From NCBI GenBank assembly GCA_964016885.1, contig OZ024759.1, positions 9,734,001-9,798,000 on the forward strand: a stretch of DNA of 64,000 nt, written 5' to 3'. Position numbers and translations under genes: made by a program. Numbering within the stretch: the stretch's first letter is position 1; each line of letters opens with the position of its first letter. Below the pieces are notes generated by a model. The model searched no databases and was not told the DNA's origin. It saw only the letters and a program-made list of their open reading frames with translations. Below are positions 1 through 13,549 of the stretch, piece after piece. The stretch is from Eledone cirrhosa (Eukaryota).

Positions 1-147
1 TCTCCTTTCGTCATCGACCATCTGTCTCTGGTCTTCATTGTTGAAGTCCTTGTCTGCATTGCTTCCAGTGAAGGCATTAGAGTCATTATCATTGAACTGT
101 TGTTCCCATATTGGGTTGGAATAAATCTGCCATTCGTGATTCTTGGT
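1..147 (-). CDS. cusr: CSRP-like exon 6, partial (TKNHEWQIYSNPIWEQQF...DDERR)
   Basis: Acceptor tttctgtttccag, phase 0, open to the window edge. TKNHEWQI parallels TLDHAWKI of repeat 4. Confidence 0.85.
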
Positions 148-274
148 CTGGAAACAGAAATAAAGTGAGACAGGATTTAATTGTTGTTGATGATTTTATT
201 GAAACAATTGAAATAATGAGACCATAGATAAAGGAAGAAAATAGGAAAAGAAGAAAAGTGAAAGAAACATGGTA

Positions 275-1117
275 AGAAACTTTCAAGAGAGCTGGACAAC
301 AGAAGGTCTTCAGAGAAGAAATTGTTAGGAGAGCTGGACAACAGAAGGTCTGCAGAGAAGAAACTCTCAGGAGAGCTGGACAGCAGAAGGTCTGCAGAGA
401 AGAAACTGTCAGGAGAGCTGGACAACAGGTCTGCAGAGAAGAAACTCTCAGGAGAGCTGGACAGCAGAAGGTCTTCAGAGAAGAAACTGTCAGGAGAGCT
501 GGACAGCAGAAGGTCTGCAGAGAAGAAACTCTCAGGAGAGCTGGACAGCAGAAGGTCTGCAGAGAAGAAACTCTCAGGAGAGCTGGACAGCAGAAGGTTT
601 GCAGAGAAGAAACTCTCAGGAGAGCTGGACAGCAGAAGGTCTGCAGAGAAGAAACTCTCAAGAGAACTGGACAGCAGAAGGTCTTCAGAGAAGAAACTGT
701 CAGGAGAGCTGGACAGCAGAAGGTCTGCAGAGAAGAAACTCTCAGGAGAACTGGACAGCAGAAGGTCTGCAGAGAAGAAACTGTCAGGAGAGCTGGACAG
801 CAGAAGGTCTGCAGAGAAGAAACTGTCAGGAGAGCTGGACAGCAGAAGGTCTCCAGAAAAGAAAGTCTCAGGAGAGCTGGACAGCAGAAGGTCTTCTGAA
901 AAGAAACTGTTAGGAGAGCTGGACAGCAGAAGATCTCCAGAGAAGAAACTCTCAGGAGAGCTGGACAGCAGAAGGTCTTCTGAAAAGAAACTGTCAGGAG
1001 AGCTGGACAGCAGAAGGTCTGCAGAGAAGAAACTGTCAGGAGAGCTGGACAGCAGAAGGTCTCCAGAAAAGAAAGTCTCAGGAGAGCTGGACAACAGAAG
1101 GTCTTCAGAGAAGAAAC
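275..1117. repeat. 42-bp minisatellite, ~20 copies, in intron 5
   Basis: Unit ctctcaggagagctggacagcagaaggtctgcagagaagaaa; explains the repetitive ORFs 89..1179. Confidence 0.95.
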
Positions 1118-1258
1118 ACCCCTTCAAGCGAGTGTTTCAGCCCTTAACTTCTAAATTCTTTATATTATTGGAATTTTAAATACCATATAGTCAGAAATAG
1201 ATTTTGAAATCAGTAAATTTGAAACAATTACATCAGAATATATTACTGGGAGTCTTAC

Positions 1259-1336
1259 CATATGTCCTTCTTTACTGTGAACATCTATATACACCCATGT
1301 CTCTGTTGTGTGGTCATCATCATAAACATATTGCCA
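1259..1336 (-). CDS. cusr: CSRP-like exon 5 (WQYVYDDDHTTETWVYIDVHSKEGHM)
   Basis: Acceptor ctttgtttcag, donor ATG|gtaag, 78 nt, phase 0/0. Parallels MMLRQ...DTSIYFELDY in repeat 4. Confidence 0.85.
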
Positions 1337-1426
1337 CTGAAACAAAGGTGGATGAAATACTGGATAAAAATTAGAAATAAACCCCCAAACAACAACAAAA
1401 ACAGAACATTGTAGTTAATCCCTTAA

Positions 1427-1647
1427 CCCTTTACCATTTACATTACTCTATATTTACTAATGTATTTTCACGGTAAAGGCTTTACCTCACATAATTATCT
1501 TACATGATATCAAATATATAAGATTTTGATATTATCTATTTTGAGAACAATATCTTAACATCAGTATGAGTGGCCAGTTACAACCGGTTTGAACAGAAAG
1601 AGGTGAGAGAATTGTGCCTGGATACGGCCGATTTAAATACTAAAGGG
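1427..1647. mobile_element. piggyBac-type MITE, unexpanded copy with about one 60-bp unit
   Basis: TTAA|CCCTTTA ... TAAAGGG|TTAA ends: TTAA target duplication and CCC/GGG termini. Confidence 0.75.
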
Positions 1648-1652
1648 TTAAA

Positions 1653-1855
1653 TACGAGTGTCAGCTGAAAAGTTCATAGGCTGACCAAGATTCTCTCATG
1701 GAATGACCGAATGAAGTTTATTTTTCAACATAGTCCCTGGAAAGAAACAATGCAGTTATTAATAAGAAGAGTTGAAATTAATGCATGCATGATTTCACAG
1801 CCCAAGCATCACTCCTTGATAGTCAGCCTATGAAGTTTTCAGCTGACCCTATCTA
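1653..1855. mobile_element. mariner-like MITE; its right end plus flank is tandemly duplicated (~105 bp, to ~2012)
   Basis: Inverted ends tacgagtgtcagctgaaaagttcataggctgac / gtcagcctatgaagttttcagctgaccc, with TA flanks. Confidence 0.65.
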
Positions 1856-2276
1856 CAACCAGCTCTGATTCTATAAAACAAAACCACCCTTGTTAAGGGG
1901 TTTTCTCCAAGCATCACTCCTTGATAGTCAGCCTATGAAGTTTTCAGCTGACCCTATCTACAACCAGCTCTGATTCTATAAAACAAAACCACCCTTGTTA
2001 AGGGGTTTTCTCCAAAGAAATTCTATGAGAACAATTTGTTAAGTTATGTTCACAAAAGTGAAATAACTTATGATTTTGGTATATCACTTCAAATTTCTCA
2101 CTGAAAAAAGAAATACAGTTTATTTCATTCAATTAGATAACAACAGTGTTCAAACGATGATGATATTTATATACATATCATCATCGTTTAACATCCATTT
2201 TTCCATGCTAGCATAATAATATATATATATATATACATATCATCATCGTTTAACATCCATTTTTCCATGCTAGCAT

Positions 2277-2320
<44 letters not shown>

Positions 2321-2785
2321 CATCATCACTGTTTTACGTCCATTCTTCCACGCTAGCATGAGTTAGACGGGTTGTCTTGTTGTGGGCAGTGTCCAGTCGG
2401 CTGACCTTGTCTTGCTCATACGGGAACTGATTCTGGCTTGGTTTCTACAGCTGGATGTCCTTCCTAACACCAACCTCATTTACAGTAAGTGGTGGGTGCT
2501 TTTTTGCTGTGGTGCCTACACGTCCACTTTACAGTGTGGGCTGGGTGATTTTTTGCTGTGGTGCCTACATGTCCACTTTACAGTGTGGGCTGGGTGGTTT
2601 TTTGCTGTGGTGCCTACACGTCCACTTTACAGTGTGGGCTGGGTGGTTTTTTGCCGTGGCACCTCCACGACCACTTTGCAGTGGGAGGGGGTGGGGGCAT
2701 ATTGTCTATATGCTTCAGCTTGTAGCCGTGGGAAGTCGGGTCTTCTGTATTACTGCGTGACGCCAGAGGTCACGGTCCTGTGTCA
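2321..2785 (-). mobile_element. RTE LINE 3' end fragment
   Basis: Reverse complement of the 3' region and (GAT)n tail seen in the other RTE copies. Confidence 0.85.
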
Positions 2786-2844
2786 TATATATATATATAT
2801 ATACATACATATACATATACATATATACATATACATATACAATA

Positions 2845-4440
2845 AAGCAGATGGACCAGGTCATGAAAGTAACAGAAAGAGTCATTGTTGATTAGGGACC
2901 GGGTAAATCTAGATGAGATACAGTTCTGATTTGGGTTAGGCAAAAGCACCACTGATGCTCTCTTCCTTGTGAGGCAGTTACAGGAAAAGTACCAAGCTAA
3001 AAGTAAGCCGCTCTACCTGTCATTTGTCGATCTGGAAAAAAACCTTTGACAGAGTGCCTCATGCCATAATTTGGTGGGCTTATTAGAAAACTATAAGTAG
3101 ATGAATGGCCTGTGAAAGCTGTACAAGTTTAACAATGACTGTAGCGAGGAATTTAACATACAGGTCAGTGTCCACCAGGGCTCTGTTCTTAGCCCTCTCC
3201 TGTTTATTATAGTACTGCAGGCTATAACAGAGGAGTTTAAGACTGGATGCTCATGGGAACTTCTGTATGCGGATGATCTTACACTCACAACTGAATCTAT
3301 GATGAAACTAAAGAAGAAATTCCAAACATGGAAGCAGGGACTAGAAAGAAGAGGTCTCAAAGTCAACCTGACAAAGACTAAGGTCCTAGTAAGTAGAAGA
3401 GAAAACAGAACCCAACTCCCCTCGGGGAAATGGCTTTGCTCAGTATGTAAGAAAGGTGTAGATAGAAATTCCATCCTCTGCCCCATATGCAAACTATGGG
3501 TACACAAGAGATGTAGTGGGATCTCAGGAAGCTTAGCTAAGTATGTAGACTTTACAAGTAGCAGCTGCACCGGGACAGCAAGCAGCAAACGGCCACAGGA
3601 AACAAGCATTATCAAATTCTGGGAGGGCTCTGTAGAAACAGTAGACAGCTTCTGTTACTTAGGTGACCGAATTAGCAGCAGAGGTGGGTGTTCTGAAAGT
3701 ACAGTAGCCAGGGTAAGAATGGGGTGGAAGAAGTTCAAGGAGCTAGCTACAAAAGGCTTTGCACTCAAAATGAAAGGCAGACTGTATGATGTGTGCATAC
3801 GAACAGCAATGCTACATGGTAGTGAGATCTGGGTGCTGTGTGCAGAAGACTTGCGTAGATTAGAAAGAAACGAAGCCTGCATGCTCCGATGGATGTGTAA
3901 TAGTAATATACATGAACGGCAAAGCATAAACAAACAGAGAGTGACTGGGCATAGGAGGAGGTTGTGTTGGTATGGACATGTGATGCGTATGAAGGATGAC
4001 AGCTGCATAAAAAGGGGCAGAGCACTAGAAGTCAATGGAAGCCTTGGAATGAGGAGACCCAAGAAAACTTGGGATGAGGTGATAAAAGCTGACCTTACCC
4101 AATTGCACCTCTCAAAAGCAGTGACAAAGGACCAAGATCTCTGGTGTTACGCAGTGATACAGAAGACTTGACTTCCCACGGGTACAGGCTGAAGTTGAAG
4201 CATATATACAGTATGCCCCTATCCCACCCCACACTCCCACATGTAGTGTCACAACAAAAAGCACCCAGTCCACACTGTAAATGAGGTTGGCTTAAGGAAG
4301 GGCATCCAGCTGTAGAAACCAAGCCAAAATCAGTTCTGTATGCATAAGACATGGTCACCTGACCTGGTATTGCCCACAACAGGATAACTCGTCTAACACA
4401 TGCTAGCATGGAAAAGTGGACGTTAAATGATAATGATGAT
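2845..4440 (+). mobile_element. 5'-truncated, degraded RTE LINE (RT C-terminal half, 3' UTR, GAT tail)
   Basis: HQGSVLSPLLF and LLYADDL motifs, ORF 3299..4171, frameshifts upstream. Confidence 0.92.
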
Positions 4441-4463
4441 AATTATATATATATGGAGAGGAG

Positions 4464-4521
<58 letters not shown>

Positions 4522-4530
4522 TCAGCTCAC

Positions 4531-6464
4531 CATTTGGACATAGCCATAAACTGGACCCCACAAATTAACTCGTGCTTCCCATCGATCAGCTTCAGAGTAA
4601 TCAAAGGAGAAGTTACCACATCCTTTCAGATTCTTATAATCATAAGAGACAGCCATTGCTCTCTCCATAACACTTGCAGGTCCATAAAGAGCCAGATTGT
4701 AATCACGCATAATTCTCTTTTCGTTTCCACGATCTTCAAAGTAACCAAATTTACCGCTCATATCTCCCATAGGATATTGACTTGGAGATCCTTGTTCAAT
4801 AGAAGGTAAACTCTCTGGAGGAATATCAAAAGGATTCCAGATTGATGCAAGTGCTGACTTGGAGCAAGATTGATGACTATCTTCAACAGCAGGATTAGAA
4901 TAAATTGCCCATGAATTTATCCCTTTGTTCAAGCCATTCATATCTATATCGACAACGGTTGGGTCAAACTCTGTTTCTTGTAGAAAACTTATTTTACCCT
5001 GAATCTGAGTTTTAGTTTCAATCAAATGATGCATTGTTGCTCTGTAAGGCCAGTGGCGATAGATTGTTGCACAGGCAAGTCTGTTCTGCCTATTTGTATC
5101 AAATATAACTATAGACCTTCCTTCTACATTGTAAGGTCCATGTAATGGTAAGAAAGTTGTAGTCATAAATGTTTTCTTCGCTGGTTGTCTTTTAGCTCCA
5201 GATCGAATCTGAATTCCTCCCAAACGTTTCATTGTATCTCCGACTGCACAATGGAAACCCCGTTCCCGACTGCACGTTTCATTATACTGTCCGTCTAAAC
5301 GAAGATTAAAAGGGTTGTAGACATTTCCTGTAGAACTGCATCTTCGTGCACTGTCCTTGTCATTCCAATCAGTTGATTCCCGTTCGGCAATTTTCCATGC
5401 GTGGTCTAAAGTTGGTCCAGATCCATCACTGTAATCTAATTCAAAATAGATTGATGTATCCGACATATGATTCGATTTACTTTGTCTCAGCATCATATAA
5501 CCAAATACTGGGTACCAAAATTTAGCCATGAGAATAACTGTGTCATCTGGGTAATTAACATTGGCACAAAACCAGCGACTGCTGTCTTTTCTGTGAACAA
5601 CAAAAGATCTTCCAATTATGCTATATTCTTCAAAAAGTGGTAAATTCCAGTCCCAGTAGATATCTGAGAAGCTATCACGTCCGTCCAATGTTCCAAATTT
5701 GCCACTTAAGTCTCCTACTTCATATTGGTCGTTAGTACCGTTTCCAGAGGGGGGCGATACACTTCTCTGTACTTGAAATGGATTCCAGTGACCAGAGACT
5801 TCATCGGCAGAACATTGGTCATTTAGTGAGATACGTTGAGGAACAGGGTAGATATGTATATGATAACCTGAGGCACGATCGTTCAGGTCTTGGAACTTTA
5901 CATGAAGAATTGTTGGGTCATAAGGTGAATCTTGTTCAAAACGTATAGAACCGTAAGCTCCTTCGCCTTCAAAGTAGACATGTGCCGTTTTACGGTTGTA
6001 TTCTTGTATGAAACTACATGCAATCACTTCATCATTATCGTCAACAATTCCAACCCATTTACCAATCAGGTTGTCCGTGCCAGTTAACCAAATATTTGCT
6101 TCCACCCAAGCATCTCTGGCATCATAAGGTAACTTACCGACAGGTAAGAGAGGAAGATGACCAAGGCGTTGTCGGGGTTGGTAGCGGGATTTCAATGAAC
6201 GACACATTTTAGAAGATTCTGTTTCACTAGTTGGTTGGAAGAAATACCATTTATAAGCAGAACGATGCTGGGGTCCAGGTGCAAGATAATAGAGATCGGA
6301 ATAAATAGTTGTATAGTTAGATTGCTCATGCTGCCGGAAAATTATACGACCACCGATGGAATTTTGAAGACGTGCATAGGCAGTCACATGATGTCCTTTA
6401 AACATGATAGTGGCACAAGCTGGATCTTTTACAGACCTGTTTGGCTTCAGGAGAAGAGTGTAAC
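4531..6464 (-). CDS. cusr: CSRP-like exon 4 (1934 nt), carrying SOD-fold repeats 2-5 including the intact Cu-only SOD domain
   Basis: Extends ORF 4522..6405 up to acceptor tgtttcag; donor ATG|gtgag. Motifs GYHIH, GHWNPF, YEVGDLSGKFG, IIGRSFVVH, RWFCAN; further repeats with NPF, GD, GRS.VI and ACATI motifs. Confidence 0.93.
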
Positions 6465-6538
6465 CTGAAACATACCAGAAAATAATTTGATTTAGACTGA
6501 GGGGTAAAGAGGTATATCTCTGTATAGAAGTATCTTAA

Positions 6539-9500
6539 CCTTTTACCATTTACATTACTCTATATATACTATTGTATTGTCACAGTAAAGGCTTTACCTC
6601 ACATAATATCTCACATAACATTTACATTACTCTATATATACTATTGTATTGTCACAGTAAAGGCTTTACCTCACATAATATCTCACATACCGTTTACATT
6701 ACTCTATATATACTATTGTATTGTCACAGTAAAGGCTTTACCTCACATAATATCTCACATACCATTTACATTACCCTATATATACTATTGTATTGTCACA
6801 GTAAAGGCTTTACCTCACATAATATCTCACATACCATTTACATTACTCTATATATACTATTGTATTGTCACAGTAAAGGATTTACCTCACATAATATCTC
6901 ACATACCATTTACATTACTCTATATATACTATTGTATTGTCACAGTAAAGGCTTTACCTCACATAATATCTCACATACCATTTACATTACTCTATATATA
7001 CTATTGTATTGTCACAGTAAAGGCTTTACCTCACATAATATCTCACATAACATTTACATTACTCTATATATACTATTGTATTGTCACAGTAAAGGCTTTA
7101 CCTCACATAATATCTCACATAACATTTACATTACTCTATATATACTATTGTATTGTCACAGTAAAGGCTTTACCTCACATAATATCTCACATACCATTTA
7201 CATTACTCTATATATACTATTGTATTGTCACAGTAAAGGCTTTACCTCATAATATCTCACATAACATTTACATTACTCTATATATACTATTGTATTGTCA
7301 CAGTAAAGGCTTTACCTCACATAATATCTCACATAACATTTACATTACTCTATATATACTATTGTATTGTCACAGTAAAGGCTTTACCTCACATAATATC
7401 TCACATAACATTTACATTACTCTATATATACTATTGTATTGTCACAGTAAAGGCTTTACCTCACATAATATCTCACATACCATTTACATTACTCTATATA
7501 TACTATTGTATTTTCACAGTAAAGGCTTTACCTCACATAATATCTCACATAACATTTACATTACTCTATATATACTATTGTATTTTCACAGTAAAGGCTT
7601 TACCTCACATAATATCTCACATAACATTTACATTACTCTATATATACTATTGTATTGTCACAGTAAAGGCTTTACCTCACATAATATCTCGCATAACATT
7701 TACATTACACTATATATACTATTGTATTGTCACAGTAAAGGCTTTACCTCACATAATATCTCACATAACATTTACATTACTCTATATATACTATTGTATT
7801 GTCACAGTAAAGGCTTTACCTCACATAATATCTCACATACCATTTACATTACTCTATATATACTATTGTATTTTCACAGTAAAGGCTTTACCTCACATAA
7901 TATCTCACATAACATTTACATTACTCTATATATACTATTGTATTTTCACAGTAAAGGCTTTACCTCACATAATATCTCACATACCATTTACATTACTCTA
8001 TATATACTATTGTATTTTCACAGTAAAGGCTTTACCTCACATAATATCTCACATAACATTTACATTACTCTATATATACTATTGTATTGTCACAGTAAAG
8101 GCTTTACCTCACATAATATCTCACATACCATTTACATTACTCTATATATACTATTGTATTGTCACAGTAAAGACTTTACCTCACATAATATCTCACATAC
8201 CATTTACATTACTCTATATATACTATTGTATTGTCACAGTAAAGTCTTTACCTCACATAATATCTCACATAACATTTACATTACTCTATATATACTATTG
8301 TATTGTCACAGTAAAGTCTTCACCTCACATAATATCTCACATAACATTTACATTACTCTATATATACTATTGTATTTTCACAGTAAAGGCTTTACCTCAC
8401 ATAATATCTCACATACCATTTACATTACTCTATATATACTATTGTATTGTCACAGTAAAGTCTTCACCTCACATAATATCTCACATAACATTTACATTAC
8501 TCTATATATACTATTGTATTGTCACAGTAAAGTCTTCACCTCACATAATATCTCACATAACATTTACATTACTCTATATATACTATTGTATTGTCACAGT
8601 AAAGTCTTCACCTCACATAATATCTCACATAACATTTACATTACTCTGTATATACTATTGTATTGTCACAGTAAAGGCTTCACCTCACATAATATCTCAC
8701 ATAACATTTACATTACTCTATATATACTATTATATTTTTACAGTAAAGGCTTTACCTCACATAATACCTCACATAACATTTACATTACTCTATATATACT
8801 ATTATATTTTCACAGTAAAGGCTTTACCTCACATAATACCTCACATGACATTTACATTACTCTATATATACTATTGTATTTTCACAGTAAAGGCTTTACC
8901 TCACATAATATCTCACATAACATTTACATTATATATACTATTGTATTGTCACAGTAAAGGCTTTACCTCACATAATATCTCACATACCGTTTACATTACT
9001 CTATATATACTATTGTATTGTCACAGTAAAGGCTTTACCTCACATAATATCTCACATACCATTTACATTACCCTATATATACTATTGTATTGTCACAGTA
9101 AAGGCTTTACCTCACATAATATCTCACATACCATTTACATTACTCTATATATACTATTGTATTGTCACAGTAAAGGATTTACCTCACATAATATCTCACA
9201 TACCATTTACATTACTCTATATATACTATTGTATTGTCACAGTAAAGGCTTTACCTCACATAATATCTCACATACCATTTACATTACTCTATATATACTA
9301 TTGTATTGTCACAGTAAAGGCTTTACCTCACATAATATCTCACATAACATTTACATTACTCTATATATACTATTGTATTGTCACAGTAAAGGCTTTACCT
9401 CACATAATATCTCACATAACATTTACATTACTCTATATATACTATTGTATTGTCACAGTAAAGGCTTTACCTCACATAATATCTCACATACCATTTACAT

Positions 9501-12500
9501 TACTCTATATATACTATTGTATTGTCACAGTAAAGGCTTTACCTCATAATATCTCACATAACATTTACATTACTCTATATATACTATTGTATTGTCACAG
9601 TAAAGGCTTTACCTCACATAATATCTCACATAACATTTACATTACTCTATATATACTATTGTATTGTCACAGTAAAGGCTTTACCTCACATAATATCTCA
9701 CATAACATTTACATTACTCTATATATACTATTGTATTGTCACAGTAAAGGCTTTACCTCACATAATATCTCACATACCATTTACATTACTCTATATATAC
9801 TATTGTATTTTCACAGTAAAGGCTTTACCTCACATAATATCTCACATAACATTTACATTACTCTATATATACTATTGTATTTTCACAGTAAAGGCTTTAC
9901 CTCACATAATATCTCACATAACATTTACATTACTCTATATATACTATTGTATTGTCACAGTAAAGGCTTTACCTCACATAATATCTCGCATAACATTTAC
10001 ATTACACTATATATACTATTGTATTGTCACAGTAAAGGCTTTACCTCACATAATATCTCACATAACATTTACATTACTCTATATATACTATTGTATTGTC
10101 ACAGTAAAGGCTTTACCTCACATAATATCTCACATACCATTTACATTACTCTATATATACTATTGTATTTTCACAGTAAAGGCTTTACCTCACATAATAT
10201 CTCACATAACATTTACATTACTCTATATATACTATTGTATTTTCACAGTAAAGGCTTTACCTCACATAATATCTCACATACCATTTACATTACTCTATAT
10301 ATACTATTGTATTTTCACAGTAAAGGCTTTACCTCACATAATATCTCACATAACATTTACATTACTCTATATATACTATTGTATTGTCACAGTAAAGGCT
10401 TTACCTCACATAATATCTCACATACCATTTACATTACTCTATATATACTATTGTATTGTCACAGTAAAGACTTTACCTCACATAATATCTCACATACCAT
10501 TTACATTACTCTATATATACTATTGTATTGTCACAGTAAAGTCTTTACCTCACATAATATCTCACATAACATTTACATTACTCTATATATACTATTGTAT
10601 TGTCACAGTAAAGTCTTCACCTCACATAATATCTCACATAACATTTACATTACTCTATATATACTATTGTATTTTCACAGTAAAGGCTTTACCTCACATA
10701 ATATCTCACATACCATTTACATTACTCTATATATACTATTGTATTGTCACAGTAAAGTCTTCACCTCACATAATATCTCACATAACATTTACATTACTCT
10801 ATATATACTATTGTATTGTCACAGTAAAGTCTTCACCTCACATAATATCTCACATAACATTTACATTACTCTATATATACTATTGTATTGTCACAGTAAA
10901 GTCTTCACCTCACATAATATCTCACATAACATTTACATTACTCTGTATATACTATTGTATTGTCACAGTAAAGGCTTCACCTCACATAATATCTCACATA
11001 ACATTTACATTACTCTATATATACTATTATATTTTTACAGTAAAGGCTTTACCTCACATAATACCTCACATAACATTTACATTACTCTATATATACTATT
11101 ATATTTTCACAGTAAAGGCTTTACCTCACATAATACCTCACATGACATTTACATTACTCTATATATACTATTGTATTTTCACAGTAAAGGCTTTACCTCA
11201 CATAATATCTCACATAACATTTACATTATATATACTATTGTATTGTCACAGTAAAGGCTTTACCTCACATAATATCTCACATAACATTTACATTACTCTA
11301 TATATACTATTGTATTGTCACAGTAAAGGCTTTACCTCACATAATATCTCACATAACATTTAAATTACTCTATATATACTATTGCATTGTCACAGTAAAT
11401 GCTTTACCTCACATAATATCTCACATAACATTTAAATTACTCTATATATACTATTGTATTTTCACAGTAAAGGCTTTACCTCACATAATACCTTACATAA
11501 CATTTACATTACTCTATATATACTATTGTATTTTCACAGTAAAGGCTTTACCTCACATAATATCTCACATAACATTTACATTACTCTATATATACTATTG
11601 TATTGTCACAGTAAAGGCTTTACCTCACATAATATCTCACATAACATTTACATTACTCTATATATACTATTGTATTGTCACAGTAAAGGCTTTACCTCAC
11701 ATAATATCTCACATAACATTTAAATTACTCTATATATACTATTGTATTGTCACAGTAAAGTCTTCACCTCACATAATATCTCACATAACATTTACATTAC
11801 TCTATATATACTATTGTATTGTCACAGTAAAGTCTTCACCTCACATAATATCTCACATAACATTTACATTACTCTATATATACTATTGTATTTTCACAGT
11901 AAAGGCTTTACCTCACATAATATCTCACATACCATTTACATTACTCTATATATACTATTGTATTGTCACAGTAAAGTCTTCACCTCACATAATATCTCAC
12001 ATAACATTTACATTACTCTATATATACTATTGTATTGTCACAGTAAAGTCTTCACCTCACATAATATCTCACATAACATTTACATTACTCTATATATACT
12101 ATTGTATTGTCACAGTAAAGTCTTCACCTCACATAATATCTCACATAACATTTACATTACTCTATATATACTATTGTATTTTCATGGTAAAGACTTTACT
12201 TCACATAATATCTCACATAACATTTACATTACTCTATATATACTATTGTATTGTCACAGTAAAGGCTTTACCTCACATAATATCTCACATAACATTTACA
12301 TTACTCTATATATACTATTGTATTGTCACAGTAAAGGCTTTACCTCACATAACATTTACATTACTCTATATATACTATTGTATTGTCACAGTAAAGGCTT
12401 TACCTCACATAATATTGAATCTATCAGATTTTTATATTATTTATTTTGAGAACAATACCTTAACATCAGTACGAGTGGTTAGTTATGGCTAGTTTGAGCA

Positions 12501-12541
12501 GAAAAAGTGAGAGAATTCTGGCCGGTTTACATGCTAAAGGG
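6539..12541. mobile_element. piggyBac-type MITE with its internal 60-bp unit expanded to ~98 copies
   Basis: TTAA|CCTTTTA start and TAAAGGG|TTAA end. The right-hand unique segment (tttgagaacaatac...cagtacgagtgg...gagagaatt) matches the copy at 1427-1647. Confidence 0.8.
6547..12415. repeat. 60-bp satellite array with a 2297-bp internal duplication
   Basis: Unit catttacattactctatatatactattgtattgtcacagtaaaggctttacctcacataatatctcacataa-type. Identical 555-aa read-through ORFs at 7290 and 9587. Confidence 0.97.
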
Positions 12542-12626
12542 TTAAGTCAATATGACGATCTCGATAGGAGAAGCGACAAGTAGTTTTAGCTTTGTTAGTC
12601 AATGGTTGTCAAAGACCTGATGTGAT

Positions 12627-12660
<34 letters not shown>

Positions 12661-12695
12661 TATATATATATATAGTGTGGTATATATATATATAT

Positions 12696-13080
12696 CATCA
12701 TCATCATTGAACGTCTATCCTCCACGCTAGCATGGGTTTAGACGAGAATTGTCCCACTTGAGGCAAGATTGGTTGTCTCGCTCGTATAGGACTGTCTGGC
12801 AGGTTTTCTACAGCTGGATGCCCTTCCTAACACCAACCACGTTTACAGTGTGGACTGGGAGGTTTTTACCGTGTTACCTACACGGCCACATTACAGCGTG
12901 GACTGTGTGTTTTTGTCGTGACACCTACACGACTTCATTTATTTAGGACTGGATGTTGTGGTACCAACATAACTTTACAGAGAAAGGGGTGGTGTTGATG
13001 GGGTGGAAGGATGGAGTAGGGGTAGTGGGAGGGGTGTATATTTGGTTAAGAGGTGCCTACTGACTGTAGGTTTCTCTATG
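12696..13080 (-). mobile_element. RTE LINE 3' end fragment
   Basis: (ATC)n tail followed by the reverse complement of the 3' UTR at 14020-14404. Confidence 0.85.
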
Positions 13081-13097
13081 TACATAGGCAAGGCGGG

Positions 13098-13178
<81 letters not shown>

Positions 13179-13230
13179 GAAAGAGAGAGAGAGAGAGTGT
13201 GTGGTGTATATATATATATATATATACACA

Positions 13231-13517
13231 CTCACTGCCAGACAGTCCTATGCGAGCAAGACAATCACTCTTGCCTCAAGTGGGACTACCCCCGTCCAAA
13301 CCCATGCAAGCGTGGAACACGGACGTTAAACGTTGATGATGATGATGATGATGACACACACACACACAAATAATGAATTAAAACATACAAAATATGTTAA
13401 AATTTTGTGTTTCTCAATAAACAAGCTCAATAGACTTTATCCAGAGCCATAATAACTAAATGAAATGATATATGTATATATATAAAGAAAAAGACCCATA
13501 TATCGTATGAGAGACAG

Positions 13518-13549
<32 letters not shown>

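Noticed and set aside
3091-4062. Antisense ORFs over RTE copies (also 15865-17556 and 18909-19939)
   Set aside because: Shadow frames of the reverse transcriptase coding strand.
6572-12492. Long His/Tyr/Ile-rich ORFs (up to 555 aa)
   Set aside because: Read-through of a 60-bp satellite inside a MITE, antisense within an intron, with frame-breaking indels.
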